Source: an uncultured Acidobacteriota bacterium
GTDB lineage: Bacteria > Acidobacteriota > Thermoanaerobaculia > UBA5066 > DATFVB01
Reading direction: 5' to 3'
Assembly: GCA_963813155.1 (NCBI GenBank)
Contig: CAWEYG010000004.1
Span: 1 to 64,000, forward strand
DNA length: 64,000 bases
Made by a program: the position numbers and the translations under genes. The notes under the pieces are model-generated. The model was not told the origin of the DNA and ran no database searches. It saw only the letters and a program-made list of their open reading frames with translations. Positions 38,371 to 48,047 of this stretch are shown here, one piece after another; position 1 is the first letter of the stretch, and the number at the start of each line of letters is the position of its first letter.

Positions 38371-38985
38371 GTGAGGGCATTGAAGATCGTCACCCCTGCC
38401 GAAGCCGAACCCGTCGACGAAAACCGCGTCCTCGAGCGGGTCCTGGCCGGGGACGCGGACGCGTTCGGGTACTTCGTCCGCGCGTACCAGAGGAGGGTCT
38501 ACGGTATGGCGCTCCGGTTTCTCCGGGACCCGGGCGAGGCGGAGTGCGTCGCGCAGGAATCCTTCCTCAAGGCGTACCAGGCGCTCGGCGATTTTCGCGG
38601 CGGCAGCACGTTCGAGACGTGGATCACGAGAATCGCGATCAACGGGTGCCGCGACCGGCTGAAAAGGAAGCGCCTCGTCGTCTATTTCCACCAGGCTGCC
38701 GCGCCCGATCCGGATGGCGACGACCCGGAAGATCGCGCCCCGTCGCCCGATCCGTCCCCCGAGCGCCTCCTCCACGCGAAGCAGATCCAGGAGCGGATCC
38801 GGCAGGCCGTCGGCGATCTCTCTCCGCGCCAGCAGGCGGTCTTCGTTCTGAAGCACATGGAGGAGAGATCGATTCCCGAGATCGCGAACCTGCTCGGGCT
38901 CGATTCCGGAACCGTCAAGTCTCACCTGTTTCGAGCTGCGAACAAGGTCCGCGAGAAACTTCGCGACATGAGGAGAACTCCATGA
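38371..38985 (+). CDS. ECF RNA polymerase sigma factor
   Basis: Region 2 (AQESFLKAY..F.TWITRIAIN) and region 4 (LSPRQQAVFVL..EIANLLGLDSGTVKSHLFRA). Confidence 0.93.
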   Translation: MRALKIVTPAEAEPVDENRVLERVLAGDADAFGYFVRAYQRRVYGMALRFLRDPGEAECVAQESFLKAYQALGDFRGGSTFETWITRIAINGCRDRLKRKRLVVYFHQAAAPDPDGDDPEDRAPSPDPSPERLLHAKQIQERIRQAVGDLSPRQQAVFVLKHMEERSIPEIANLLGLDSGTVKSHLFRAANKVREKLRDMRRTP

Positions 38986-39482
38986 CCGATCGAAGGCCGC
39001 GCGAAGAGCACCTGCGCGCCGAGGACTATCTTTTTCTCGTGCTGTCTCCCACGGGCGAGCCGGAGCCGCTTCCCGCGCACCTGTCCGCCTGCCCGGCGTG
39101 CGCGCGCCGGTTCGCCGAGTGGCGGTCCGCCGCGGAGGGACTGGCGGCGGGCGGCGAGAGCCCGCCGCTCGATTTCGAAACGAACGTGATGGCGCGCGTT
39201 CGGGCGATGGCGATCCCGCGCAGTCGCCGGCGGCAGCGACGCTGGGCCGCCGGCCTTTCGGCGGCCGCGTGCCTTCTCGCCGCGTTCTGGCTCGGCACCC
39301 GCGCCGGAACGAGAACCGGGCCGGGTTCCCCCGCGGTTCGCGTGACCGTCACGTCGATGAGCGAATCGGACCGCGCGGACGACGAGTTGTTGCGCGACGT
39401 TTCGCGTCTCGTCTCGTCCGAGGACGAGACGAACTGGAGGTCGCTGGCGCCGTTGCCGCCGGCGCCGGGAGGAACTTCGTGA
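38982..39482 (+). CDS. Putative zinc-binding transmembrane anti-sigma factor
   Basis: HLSACPAC (HxxxCxxC) plus one TM. ATGA overlap with the sigma gene. Confidence 0.75.
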   Translation: MTDRRPREEHLRAEDYLFLVLSPTGEPEPLPAHLSACPACARRFAEWRSAAEGLAAGGESPPLDFETNVMARVRAMAIPRSRRRQRRWAAGLSAAACLLAAFWLGTRAGTRTGPGSPAVRVTVTSMSESDRADDELLRDVSRLVSSEDETNWRSLAPLPPAPGGTS

Positions 39483-39940
39483 AGCGATTCGCTGCATTCA
39501 CCGCGCTCCTGCTCGCCGCGGCCCTCGCCGCCGCGGGCCCGATGGACGGCATGCCGGACGGAAAGTGGTGGAAGAACCCCCGCGCGGTCCGGCTGCTCCG
39601 TCTCACCGACGCGCAGGTCGACCAGATCGAGAGGATTTTCCTGCGCGTTCGCCCGCAGCTCATCGACCTGCGGGCGGACCTGGAGAAAAAGCGTCTCGTT
39701 CAGAATTCCCTGATGGAGAAGCCGGCCGTGAAGACGGAGGACGCCGCGAAATCGATCGACGACACGGAGATGGCGCGCTCCCGGCTCGAGAAGGCGCGCG
39801 CAATGATGTTCCTCGAGATCCGCCAGGTGCTGACTCCCGAGCAGCGGGCGGCGCTCGTGGAGCGACGCGAGGAGATTCGCGAGCGTCGCATGGACCGCCA
39901 GCGCCGGCTCCGCCCCGGCGAAGCTCGATCGCCGGACTGA
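39479..39940 (+). CDS. Periplasmic Spy/CpxP/ZraP-like helical protein
   Basis: Signal peptide, GKWWK..LRLTDAQ, VLTPEQR (LTXXQ motifs). Confidence 0.8.
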   Translation: MKRFAAFTALLLAAALAAAGPMDGMPDGKWWKNPRAVRLLRLTDAQVDQIERIFLRVRPQLIDLRADLEKKRLVQNSLMEKPAVKTEDAAKSIDDTEMARSRLEKARAMMFLEIRQVLTPEQRAALVERREEIRERRMDRQRRLRPGEARSPD

Positions 39941-39978
39941 CGGAATATCGATTTCACCCTTTCGGTTAAACTCGCGGG

Positions 39979-41715
39979 GTGAAGGACCGGAGCGTTTTTT
40001 TCTCGTTTTTTCGGCCCTACCGCGCGCAAATCGCGATCGGAACGGTCTGCGTTCTCCTCTCGACCGGGATCTCCCTGATCGCGCCTTCCGTCGTCGGCCG
40101 GGCGATCGACGACCTCAAGCACGGGGTTTCGAGCGCGGCGGTGTTTCGATTCGGGGCCCTCATCCTCCTGATCTCCGCCGTGTCCGGCGCGTTCCTCTTT
40201 TTTCAGCGCCGCATCCTCATCGGCATTTCCCGCGACATGGAGTTCGACATCCGCAACGACTTCTTCGATCACCTCACGAAGCTCCCGCTGGATTTCTACC
40301 GCGGGCATCGCACGGGGGATCTCATGTCGCGGGCCGTCAACGATCTCACGGCCGTGCGAATGATGCTGGGGCCGGGGCTGATGCAGTCTTTGAACACGAT
40401 CGTCACGGCGTCGATTGCGATCGCGCTGATGGTGCGGGTCGACTGGTCGCTGACCTTGCTCGCGCTCGCGACCCTTCCCCTCACGGCGGCGTCCACGAAG
40501 ATCGTCGGGCAGAAAATCCACGTGCTGTTCGAGAAGGTCCAGGAGTACTTTTCCGAGATGTCGGCCCGGGCACAGGAGAATTTTGCGGGCGCCCGGGTCG
40601 TGCGGGCATTCACCCGCGAGAACTCGGAGATCGAACTGTTTCGGGCGGCCAACCACGAGTACATGCAGAGAAACCGGAAGATCATCAAGGTGTCGGCGCT
40701 GTTCTACCCCCTGCTGCAGACGCTCGTCGGCCTCTCGTTCGTGCTGGTTCTCTGGAGGGGAGGCCGGCTCGTCCTCGCGGAGAAGATCACGGTCGGCAAG
40801 TTCGTCGAGTTCAACCTCTACCTCGTCGAAATGGTCTGGCCGATGATCGCGCTGGGCTGGGTCGTCAACCTCCTGCAGCGCGGCGCGGCGTCCTGGAATC
40901 GAATGCGCGAGATCCGCGACACGGAACCGTCGATCCGGGACGTGCCGCCCCTGGCGACGGGCTTCTCGCCGAGGGGGGAGATCGAATTCCGGGGGCTGTC
41001 GTACTCGTCCGGGGGCGCGCGAATCCTGTCCGACATCGACCTGAAGATCCGGGCCGGGTCCTTCGTGGGGATCGTCGGTCGGACCGGCGCCGGCAAGACG
41101 ACTCTCGTCTCGCTCATTCCCCGGCTCCTCGACCCTCCGCCCGGGACCCTGTTCTTCGACGGTCTCGAAGTCCACCGGATCCCGGTCGCCGACCTTCGGC
41201 GAGAGATCGGGATGGTCACGCAGGACACGTTCCTGTTCTCGGAAACGATCGCGGGAAACCTCGCCTACGGGGTCCCCGACGCCGAAACCGAGGCGGTCGA
41301 GCGCGCGGGAGAGATCGCGGGCCTGACGCCGGACATCGAGGGTTTCCCGGAGCGGTGGAACACCCAGATCGGGGAGAGGGGCATCACGCTTTCCGGAGGA
41401 CAGAAGCAGAGGGCCGCGATCGCGCGCGCGATCCTTCGGGCGCCGAAGATCCTGATCCTCGACGACTCGCTCTCGGCCGTCGATTCGGAGACGGAAGCGA
41501 AGATTCAGAACCGTTTGCGGGACGTGGTCGCGAAAAGGACGACGCTGCTGATCGCGCACCGCCTTTCTTCCCTGCGGGACGCCGACGAGATCGTCGTGCT
41601 GGAGGAGGGCCGCATCGCGGAGCGGGGCTCCCACCGTGAGCTCGTCGCGCGCGGCGGGCTCTACGCGGGGATGTGGGAACGCCAGCGCCTCGAGGAAGAG
41701 GTCGAGAGCGCGTGA
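39979..41715 (+). CDS. ABC exporter, fused permease/ATPase, subunit A (MdlA-like)
   Basis: RTGDLMSR, GRTGAGKT, LSGGQKQR, ILDDSLSAVD. Confidence 0.92.
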   Translation: MKDRSVFFSFFRPYRAQIAIGTVCVLLSTGISLIAPSVVGRAIDDLKHGVSSAAVFRFGALILLISAVSGAFLFFQRRILIGISRDMEFDIRNDFFDHLTKLPLDFYRGHRTGDLMSRAVNDLTAVRMMLGPGLMQSLNTIVTASIAIALMVRVDWSLTLLALATLPLTAASTKIVGQKIHVLFEKVQEYFSEMSARAQENFAGARVVRAFTRENSEIELFRAANHEYMQRNRKIIKVSALFYPLLQTLVGLSFVLVLWRGGRLVLAEKITVGKFVEFNLYLVEMVWPMIALGWVVNLLQRGAASWNRMREIRDTEPSIRDVPPLATGFSPRGEIEFRGLSYSSGGARILSDIDLKIRAGSFVGIVGRTGAGKTTLVSLIPRLLDPPPGTLFFDGLEVHRIPVADLRREIGMVTQDTFLFSETIAGNLAYGVPDAETEAVERAGEIAGLTPDIEGFPERWNTQIGERGITLSGGQKQRAAIARAILRAPKILILDDSLSAVDSETEAKIQNRLRDVVAKRTTLLIAHRLSSLRDADEIVVLEEGRIAERGSHRELVARGGLYAGMWERQRLEEEVESA

Positions 41716-43583
41716 GCGAAGCCGCCCACCACGAAGAGGAGGTCCTCGGGAAGGCCTACGACGCTCGTCTCGCGCGCCGCCTGCTCCACTACGTTCGACC
41801 CTACCGCGGAAGTCTGATCGCCGGGACCACCCTGATCCTGTTCGGTTCGTTCTTCCAGCTCCTCGGGCCGGCGATCACCGCGGCGGCGCTGGATTTCGCA
41901 ATCGCTCCGAAACCGGGCTCCCGGACCTCGGTCCTGGCGAGAATCGTCGCTGCGCTCGCGACCCGCCTCCATTTGAACGTCGCCGGGAGGGCCGGCCTCG
42001 ATCTGTTCGCCGGAGCGTTTCTGGCGTCGCTCCTGTTGTCGTTTTTCCTCATCTACGCGCAGGTCTGGATCGTCAACTGGATGGGGCAGCGAATCATGTT
42101 CGACCTGCGGGCGGAAATCTTCGAGAAGCTGCAGCGCGCGGACGTGGCCTACCTGGATCGGAATCCCGTGGGCCGGCTCATGACGCGGCTGACGACCGAC
42201 GTCGATGCGCTCAACGAGCTGTTCACTTCGGGAATCGTTTCCATGGTGGGGGACGTCTTCTCGCTCGCGGGGATCGTCGTCGCGCTCTTCCTGCTCAACC
42301 CGCCGCTCGCCTGGGTGACGTTCCTGACGATCCCGCTGATCGTGGGCCTGACCGCCTGGTTTCGAAAGCGGGCCCGCGAGACCTATCGCGACATCCGGGT
42401 CCGGATCGCGCGAATCAATGCGTTCCTGCAGGAGCACATCACGGGAATGCCCGTCGTGCAACTCTTCAACCGCGAGGAGAGGGCCCGCCGCGATTTCGCC
42501 GGCATCAACGACGCGCACCGCGTGGCCTACGTCCGCGCGATCTTCTATTACTCCGTGTTTTATCCCGGCGTCGAGTTCCTGTCCGCGCTCGGCCTCGCTC
42601 TGATCGTCTGGTATGGCGGCTCCGAGGTGATCCGGGGCGCTCTTTCCCTCGGCGTCCTCGTCGCGTTCATCCAGTACGCGCAGCGGTTCTTTCGCCCGAT
42701 CGCGGACCTCTCCGACAAATACAACACGCTGCAGTCGGCGATGGCGTCCTCCGAGCGGATCTTTCGCCTTCTGGACATGGAGCCGGAAATCGTGACCCCG
42801 GGCGGAGCGGACGCGCCGGGGCGAATCGGAAGCCTCGCTCTGGAGAACGTCACGTTCCACTACAAGCGCGGCGAGGAAGTCCTCAGGAACGTCTCGTTCC
42901 GGGTCGAGCCCGGGGAGCGCGTCGCTCTCGTCGGGCACACGGGGGCCGGGAAGACGACGATTGCGTCGCTGTTTCTCCGGTTCTACGACGCGCAGACGGG
43001 CGCCGTCCGCGTCGACGGGATCGACGTTCGCCGTTTCGCCCTCGACGACCTGCGCGGCCGATTCGCGATCGTCCTGCAGGACCCGTTCCTGTTCACGAGC
43101 TCGATCGCGGAGAACATCCGTCTCGGGAACCGGGCGATCTCCGACGAAAGGATTCGATCCGCCGCCCTCGAGGCGCGCGCCGCGGGCTTCATCGAAAAGC
43201 TCCCGAAGGGATACGACACGGTTCTGCAGGAGCGCGGCGGAGGCCTTTCCGCCGGGCAGAAGCAGCTGATTTCGATCGCGCGGGCCTTCGCGTTCGATCC
43301 GGAATTCCTCGTCCTCGACGAGGCGACGGCGAACATCGACACGGAGACCGAGCTGGAGATCCGCGAAGGCCTATCGCGCCTGTTGAAGAGCCGGACGTCG
43401 CTCGTGATCGCGCACCGGCTCTCGACGATCCGCCAGGCGTCGCGGATCGTTGTCCTGCACAAGGGAGAGGTCCGGGAAAGCGGGACCCATGCGGAGCTGC
43501 TCGAGCGCGACGGGCTGTACGCGAAGCTCTACCGGCTGCAGTACCGCGACCAGGAGCTCCGGCCCGAGGCAGTCTCGGAGTAA
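41712..43583 (+). CDS. ABC exporter, fused permease/ATPase, subunit B (MdlB-like)
   Basis: EEEVLGKAYD, PVGRLMTRLTTD, GHTGAGKT, LSAGQKQL, LDEATANID. Confidence 0.92.
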   Translation: MSEAAHHEEEVLGKAYDARLARRLLHYVRPYRGSLIAGTTLILFGSFFQLLGPAITAAALDFAIAPKPGSRTSVLARIVAALATRLHLNVAGRAGLDLFAGAFLASLLLSFFLIYAQVWIVNWMGQRIMFDLRAEIFEKLQRADVAYLDRNPVGRLMTRLTTDVDALNELFTSGIVSMVGDVFSLAGIVVALFLLNPPLAWVTFLTIPLIVGLTAWFRKRARETYRDIRVRIARINAFLQEHITGMPVVQLFNREERARRDFAGINDAHRVAYVRAIFYYSVFYPGVEFLSALGLALIVWYGGSEVIRGALSLGVLVAFIQYAQRFFRPIADLSDKYNTLQSAMASSERIFRLLDMEPEIVTPGGADAPGRIGSLALENVTFHYKRGEEVLRNVSFRVEPGERVALVGHTGAGKTTIASLFLRFYDAQTGAVRVDGIDVRRFALDDLRGRFAIVLQDPFLFTSSIAENIRLGNRAISDERIRSAALEARAAGFIEKLPKGYDTVLQERGGGLSAGQKQLISIARAFAFDPEFLVLDEATANIDTETELEIREGLSRLLKSRTSLVIAHRLSTIRQASRIVVLHKGEVRESGTHAELLERDGLYAKLYRLQYRDQELRPEAVSE

Positions 43584-43590
43584 GCAAGGC

Positions 43591-43725
43591 TCGCTCGCCG
43601 GCGACCGGGGCCAAGCCCCAGCACTCCGCTCGGCAAGTCTTCTCGACCCTCGGCCGCAGTTCGCTTTCCCTCGGGATCTCGAAGACCAGCCTGCGCGGAG
43701 CGCGTTAGCCCGGGCCGCTCCGCCG
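43591..43725 (+). repeat. Dispersed REP/MITE-like repeat (copy of 8001-8134)
   Basis: Near-identical core to the 8001 copy. Starts 7 nt after a stop codon, between convergent operons. Confidence 0.85.
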
Positions 43726-43730
43726 TTTTC

Positions 43731-43848
43731 GCGGGCGGGTGGCGTGGGAGGAGACCCCTGTTGCCGCTCGCGGCGCGGAGTCGTAGCAAAGTCCTCAAAC
43801 CGCAGCGAGCGGAACAGCGGGTCGAGTCCCGTGACAGGACCCGCCCGC
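43731..43848. other. Long imperfect rod-like hairpin
   Basis: GGCGGGT/ACCCGCC, GGGA/TCCC and GACCC.CTGTT.CCGCTCGC / GCGAGCGG.AACAG.GGGTC pair around a ~25-nt loop. Confidence 0.5.
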
Positions 43849-43853
43849 CGGAT

Positions 43854-44726
43854 CTAGTCCGCGCGCCCGAGGTCCGCGGGAGCGAGGCGCTTCCCGGAGA
43901 AACCGGCGAGCGCGACGATCGAAAGGACGTAGGGGAGGAGTAGAAGGGCCTGCGAGGGGAGATGGAAGAATCCCGCGGCCTGGAGCTGGTACTGGATCGC
44001 CTGGAGAACCCCGAAAATCAGGGCCGCTCCCGCAACCGCGATCGGATTCCAGCGCCCGAACGCGACGAGCGCGAGGGCGAGGAAGCCGCGGCCGGCCGAC
44101 ATTCCCTCGACGAAGGAATCGGAGAGCTCGAGCGCGAGTGAGGCGCCCGCGAGACCGCTCAGCAATCCGCCGGCGAGCGCCGCGCCCGTTCGGTAGGCCG
44201 CCGCCGGGATCTTGAGCGCCGAGGAGTCGCCGAGCGACTCGCCGACCGCCCGGAGGCGCAGTCCCCAGGAGGTCCGAAAGAGAAAAGCAAACGCGGCGAA
44301 GGGAATCGCGAGCGCGGCGAGATCGAGCCCCGTCAGCGGCCCGAGCCGCGGCGTGAGGAGCACCGGAGGGCGGAGCACCCATCGCTCCGGCATGGCGCGA
44401 AGGAGGAGACCGGTCGCGCCGAGCGCCAGAAGGTTCACGGCGGTGCCCGTGACGATCTGATCTCCCTTCCAGCGGATCGACGCGATCGCGAAGATCGCGG
44501 ACGCGAGGACCCCGGCGGCGGACGCGGCGACGATCCCGGCGGCCGCGGAGCCCGTCGCGCGCGAGATGCCGAAGGCGGCGAACGCGCCGAAGAGCATCTG
44601 GCCCTCGATTCCGATGTTGATCATTCCGCCTTTCTCTCCGAGCGTCTCGCCCGACGAAGCGAAGAGCAGCGGCGTCGCGGCCGTCACGCCCGACTCGAGA
44701 ACGGCCAGCAGAAGGGAAGCGCTCAC
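43854..44726 (-). CDS. Nucleoside/sugar ABC importer permease 2
   Basis: ATPLLFASSGE..EKGGMINIGIEG, GLRLRAVGE, MSAGRGFLALA..FGRWNP, LPYVL. Confidence 0.88.
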   Translation of the reverse strand: MSASLLLAVLESGVTAATPLLFASSGETLGEKGGMINIGIEGQMLFGAFAAFGISRATGSAAAGIVAASAAGVLASAIFAIASIRWKGDQIVTGTAVNLLALGATGLLLRAMPERWVLRPPVLLTPRLGPLTGLDLAALAIPFAAFAFLFRTSWGLRLRAVGESLGDSSALKIPAAAYRTGAALAGGLLSGLAGASLALELSDSFVEGMSAGRGFLALALVAFGRWNPIAVAGAALIFGVLQAIQYQLQAAGFFHLPSQALLLLPYVLSIVALAGFSGKRLAPADLGRAD

Positions 44727-45593
44727 GACGCGGCCCCGGGCCGCAGGGCCCGCCTCCAGCGGGGCAGGCCGAGGACGGCGAGCAGCAGCAGGGCTTCCGC
44801 GGCCATCGCCGAGACGGCCGAGATCCCGAGGCGCCGCTGGACGAGAGTCGCCGCTCCCTGCAGAAATCCGAACGCGAGCGACGCCGCCGCGGCGCCGCCC
44901 GGCGAGAGCCCTCCGACGACCGCGGCCGCGAGGCCGATGAAGCCGTATCCCGACGAGAATGAGTCGAAGAGCCTTCCCGTGACGCCGAGGAGCTCGGCGG
45001 CGCCGCCGAGCCCCGCGATACCCCCCGCGGCGACGAACGCGAGTGACCCGGACTTTTCGCACCGGGATCCCGGCGACTTCGGCGGCGGCGGGATTCGCCC
45101 CGGTCGCGCGCAGGCGAAACCCGCTTCGGGTTCGGAGACGGAAGATCGCAAGCGCCGCGCAGAGGACGGCCGCGAGGGCGATCCCCGCGTGAACTCGCGT
45201 GCCGGCCCACAGAATCGGAAGCCTCGCGGCGTCGGGAACCGGATCGCTCTGGGGAAAGGTTCGCGCCCGTTCCTGGAGAAAGCCGTGGACGGCGATCGAG
45301 ACGGCTCCCGCGGCGATGAAATTCAGCAGGATCGTCGCGAGGACGTCCAGCACCCTGCGCTTTTCGGCGAGCCAGGAAGCGATCGCCGCCCACGCAGCGC
45401 CGCCGGCAGCTCCCGCCAGGAGAGTCAGCGGCGCTCCCGCCGAAAATCGCGTGCACGCGAGCGCGGCCGCGAGAGCGCCGGTCAGGAACTGCCCCTCCGC
45501 TCCGATGTTGACGACCCCCGCGTCCCGCGCGAGCAGAAACGAAAGGGCGCAGAAGAGGATCGGGGCGCCCTTGACGGCCGCGTCCGCGATCAC
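44723..45593 (-). CDS. Nucleoside/sugar ABC importer permease 1 (frameshift near 45045)
   Basis: AGVVNIGAEGQ, TILLNFIA, GFRLRATGANP, then in the shifted frame SGYGFIGLAAA. Confidence 0.85.
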
Positions 45594-47017
45594 GGAAGGC
45601 CCGCCTGCGCGGCCGAAGCCGCTTCGGCGCGGCGAAGGCCCGCCATCGCCCGGCCCACGGCCGCGGAAGGTTCGTCCGGCCGAAACGGACCGGCGAGCCG
45701 CCCGCGGTACAGGACGAACATCGTGTCCGCCAGCTCGCGGGCTTCGTCCAGATCGGAGGTCACGAGCAGGACCGCCGCTCCCGAGCCGGCCGCGTCGCGA
45801 ATGGCGCCGCGCGTCATACGGGTGCTCGCGAGATCGAGCCCGCGGGTCGGCGAGACCGCGAGCAGGAAGCGCGGTTCCCGCGAGAGCTCGCGCGCGAGCA
45901 CGACTTTCTGCTGGTTTCCTCCCGACAGAGACCGGGCCGGCGCGCCGGGCGCCGGCGGATCGATTCCGAATCGCTCGATGAGGGAGCGGCTCCGTGCCGG
46001 TTCCCGGACGGGGATGGGCTCGGCAAGCCTCAGATTTTCCTCGACGGTGAAATCGAGAATCAGTCCCTCGCGCCGGCGGTCGCCCGGGATGACGGAGGTC
46101 TTCTGCCGCCGAAACTCCCGCGCCGGAGACCGGCCGCCCGAAGAGGGTCGCGGAAAACGGAGCCGCGCCCTCGCGGCCGGCGACCGCGCGGGTCGCTTCT
46201 TCTTGCCCGTTGCCGTCCACGCCGGCCAGCGCGACGATCTCACCCTCGCGAACGACGAGCGGAACCTCCGAATCCGAACCGAAGCTTCGGAAGCCGTCGA
46301 GCCGGAGCACGTCGGAGCCCGGAGCCCGCGGCGAGGAGCGGGGGGAGCGTCCCCCTCGAGGAACTCGGCGGCGAGCGACGCGGGGGTCGCTTCGGAGGCA
46401 AGGCGGCTGGAGACGAGCCTTCCGCGCCGCAGGACGGACACCCGGTCGCAGAACCCGAAGATCTCGGCGAGCTTGTGGGTGATGAAGACGACGGCGGCGC
46501 CGTTGGCCGCCGTTTCCCGCACGGACACCATGAAGCGATCGACTTCCGGAGGCGCGAGAACGGCAGTCGGCTCGTCGAGGATCAGAAGGTCGGGGTTGCT
46601 CGCCCGAGCCCGGGCGAATTCCAGGCGCTGGCGCGCGCCGACGGCCAGGCGCGCCGCTTCGGCGTCCGGCCGCCCGAGATCGAGCCCGACGCGGGCCTCG
46701 ATCTCTCGAAATCGGTCGCCGAGGCGCGCCGGGGTCGCCAGGCGGAGTCCCGGTTCTTCGAGCGCGAGGCACTCCGCGGAAGTGAGGCCCGGCGGGAGAG
46801 CGAAGTGCTGGTGAACGTGGCCGACGCGGCCGGCGATGCGGACGCGGCCCGAGTCGGGAACGAGAATTCCCCCGAGCACGTTGCCGAGCGTCGACTTTCC
46901 GGCCCCGTTTTCGCCGAGAAGGGCATGGACCTCTCCGGGCCGGAATTCGAGCGAGACTTCCGAGAGGGCAACGGTCTCTCCGAAACGAACCGAGATTTGT
47001 TCGACCGAAAAGGTCAG
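45590..47017 (-). CDS. Nucleoside/sugar ABC importer ATPase, two NBDs (internal frameshifts ~46100-46320; probable CTG start)
   Basis: LLGENGAGKST, LDEPTAVL, FITHKL, LAGVDGNGQ (other frame), LSGGNQQK, PTRGLD. Confidence 0.85.
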   Translation of the reverse strand: MTFSVEQISVRFGETVALSEVSLEFRPGEVHALLGENGAGKSTLGNVLGGILVPDSGRVRIAGRVGHVHQHFALPPGLTSAECLALEEPGLRLATPARLGDRFREIEARVGLDLGRPDAEAARLAVGARQRLEFARARASNPDLLILDEPTAVLAPPEVDRFMVSVRETAANGAAVVFITHKLAEIFGFCDRVSVLRRGRLVSSRLASEATPASLAAEFLEGDAPPAPRRGLRAPTCSGSTASEASVRIRRFRSSFARVRSSRWPAWTATGKKKRPARSPAARARLRFPRPSSGGRSPAREFRRQKTSVIPGDRRREGLILDFTVEENLRLAEPIPVREPARSRSLIERFGIDPPAPGAPARSLSGGNQQKVVLARELSREPRFLLAVSPTRGLDLASTRMTRGAIRDAAGSGAAVLLVTSDLDEARELADTMFVLYRGRLAGPFRPDEPSAAVGRAMAGLRRAEAASAAQAGLP

Positions 47018-48003
47018 AAGTTTCCCCGCGGGACGATGAGTTGGCCGGCCGCAATCTTTCCCTTCGCGTCTTCGACGAGATCGCTGACGTCCTTCGGCAC
47101 GCGGGAGGCGAGGCCGGGGTTCCACACGAACGAAATCACGCCGTCGTGGAGACCGAAGCGGATCGATCGCGGGCGGAACGATCCGCCGCGGACTTCGCGG
47201 GCGACCTCGACGAACGCTTTCGGAATGTCGATCACTGCCGACGCGAGCACCGTGTCGGGCGCGATCGCGTTTTGATCCTTGTTCGTTCCGAATGCGTAAA
47301 TCTTTCGCTCGCGGGCGGCCTGAAAGACGCCCGCTCCGGCCGCGTCCGCGTTGTGGATCAGGAAGTCGCAGCCCTGGTCGGCGAGGGCGAGAGCCGCCTG
47401 CCGGCCCGCGGCCACGTCGTCGAACGAGCCCGTGTACACGACCTTCACGCGCGCCGAGGGATTCGCCGCCTTCACGCCTCCCTCGAACGCGAGGATCGTC
47501 GAGGCGACCGACGGAATCTCGGTGCCGCCGACCGCTCCGACCGATCCCGTTCGCGTCATCTTTCCCGCGACGAGACCGCACAGGTAGGTGGCCTGCTCCA
47601 GCTCGAAGACCATCGGAGAGAGGTTCGGCCCGATGCGCGAGCCCGACGTCGTGATGAAGACCGTTTTCGGATAGGCCCGCGCGGCGCTCGCCGCGGCGTC
47701 CTGGAATTCGAATCCGTGTCCGAAGACGAGCCACGCGCCGTGCGAAGCGAAATCGCGGAACTGCTCCTCGAACTCCGACGGCGTCTTGACCTGGACGTGC
47801 GCGACCGGGACGCGAAGCTGATCCCGGATCTCGATGAGGCCTTCGTAGGCGGCGGCGTTCCAGCCGCGGTCGGAGATCGGGCCCGGGGTCAGGAGGCCGA
47901 CGCCGGCGGATTTCCCCCCGCAGGAGGAAAACGCTAGGGCGGCGGCGATAGCGGAGGCGGCGGCGAAAATTCGGGTCTTCAAGATTTCCGCGCAGTTTAG
48001 CAC
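47014..48003 (-). CDS. BMP/PnrA family nucleoside-binding lipoprotein (start may be TTG near 47982)
   Basis: Lipobox FSSC, GPISDRGWNAAAYEG, GHGFEF, GSFDD. Confidence 0.88.
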   Translation of the reverse strand: MLNCAEILKTRIFAAASAIAAALAFSSCGGKSAGVGLLTPGPISDRGWNAAAYEGLIEIRDQLRVPVAHVQVKTPSEFEEQFRDFASHGAWLVFGHGFEFQDAAASAARAYPKTVFITTSGSRIGPNLSPMVFELEQATYLCGLVAGKMTRTGSVGAVGGTEIPSVASTILAFEGGVKAANPSARVKVVYTGSFDDVAAGRQAALALADQGCDFLIHNADAAGAGVFQAARERKIYAFGTNKDQNAIAPDTVLASAVIDIPKAFVEVAREVRGGSFRPRSIRFGLHDGVISFVWNPGLASRVPKDVSDLVEDAKGKIAAGQLIVPRGNF

Positions 48004-48047
48004 TGCGCGCTCCGGCCGGAATCGCGGAGCTTGATAAGATCGGGAAA

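Noticed and set aside
43731-43848. SRP (4.5S) RNA or 6S RNA
   Set aside because: The conserved SRP helix-8 motif is absent on both strands, and length and bubble layout do not fit 6S.
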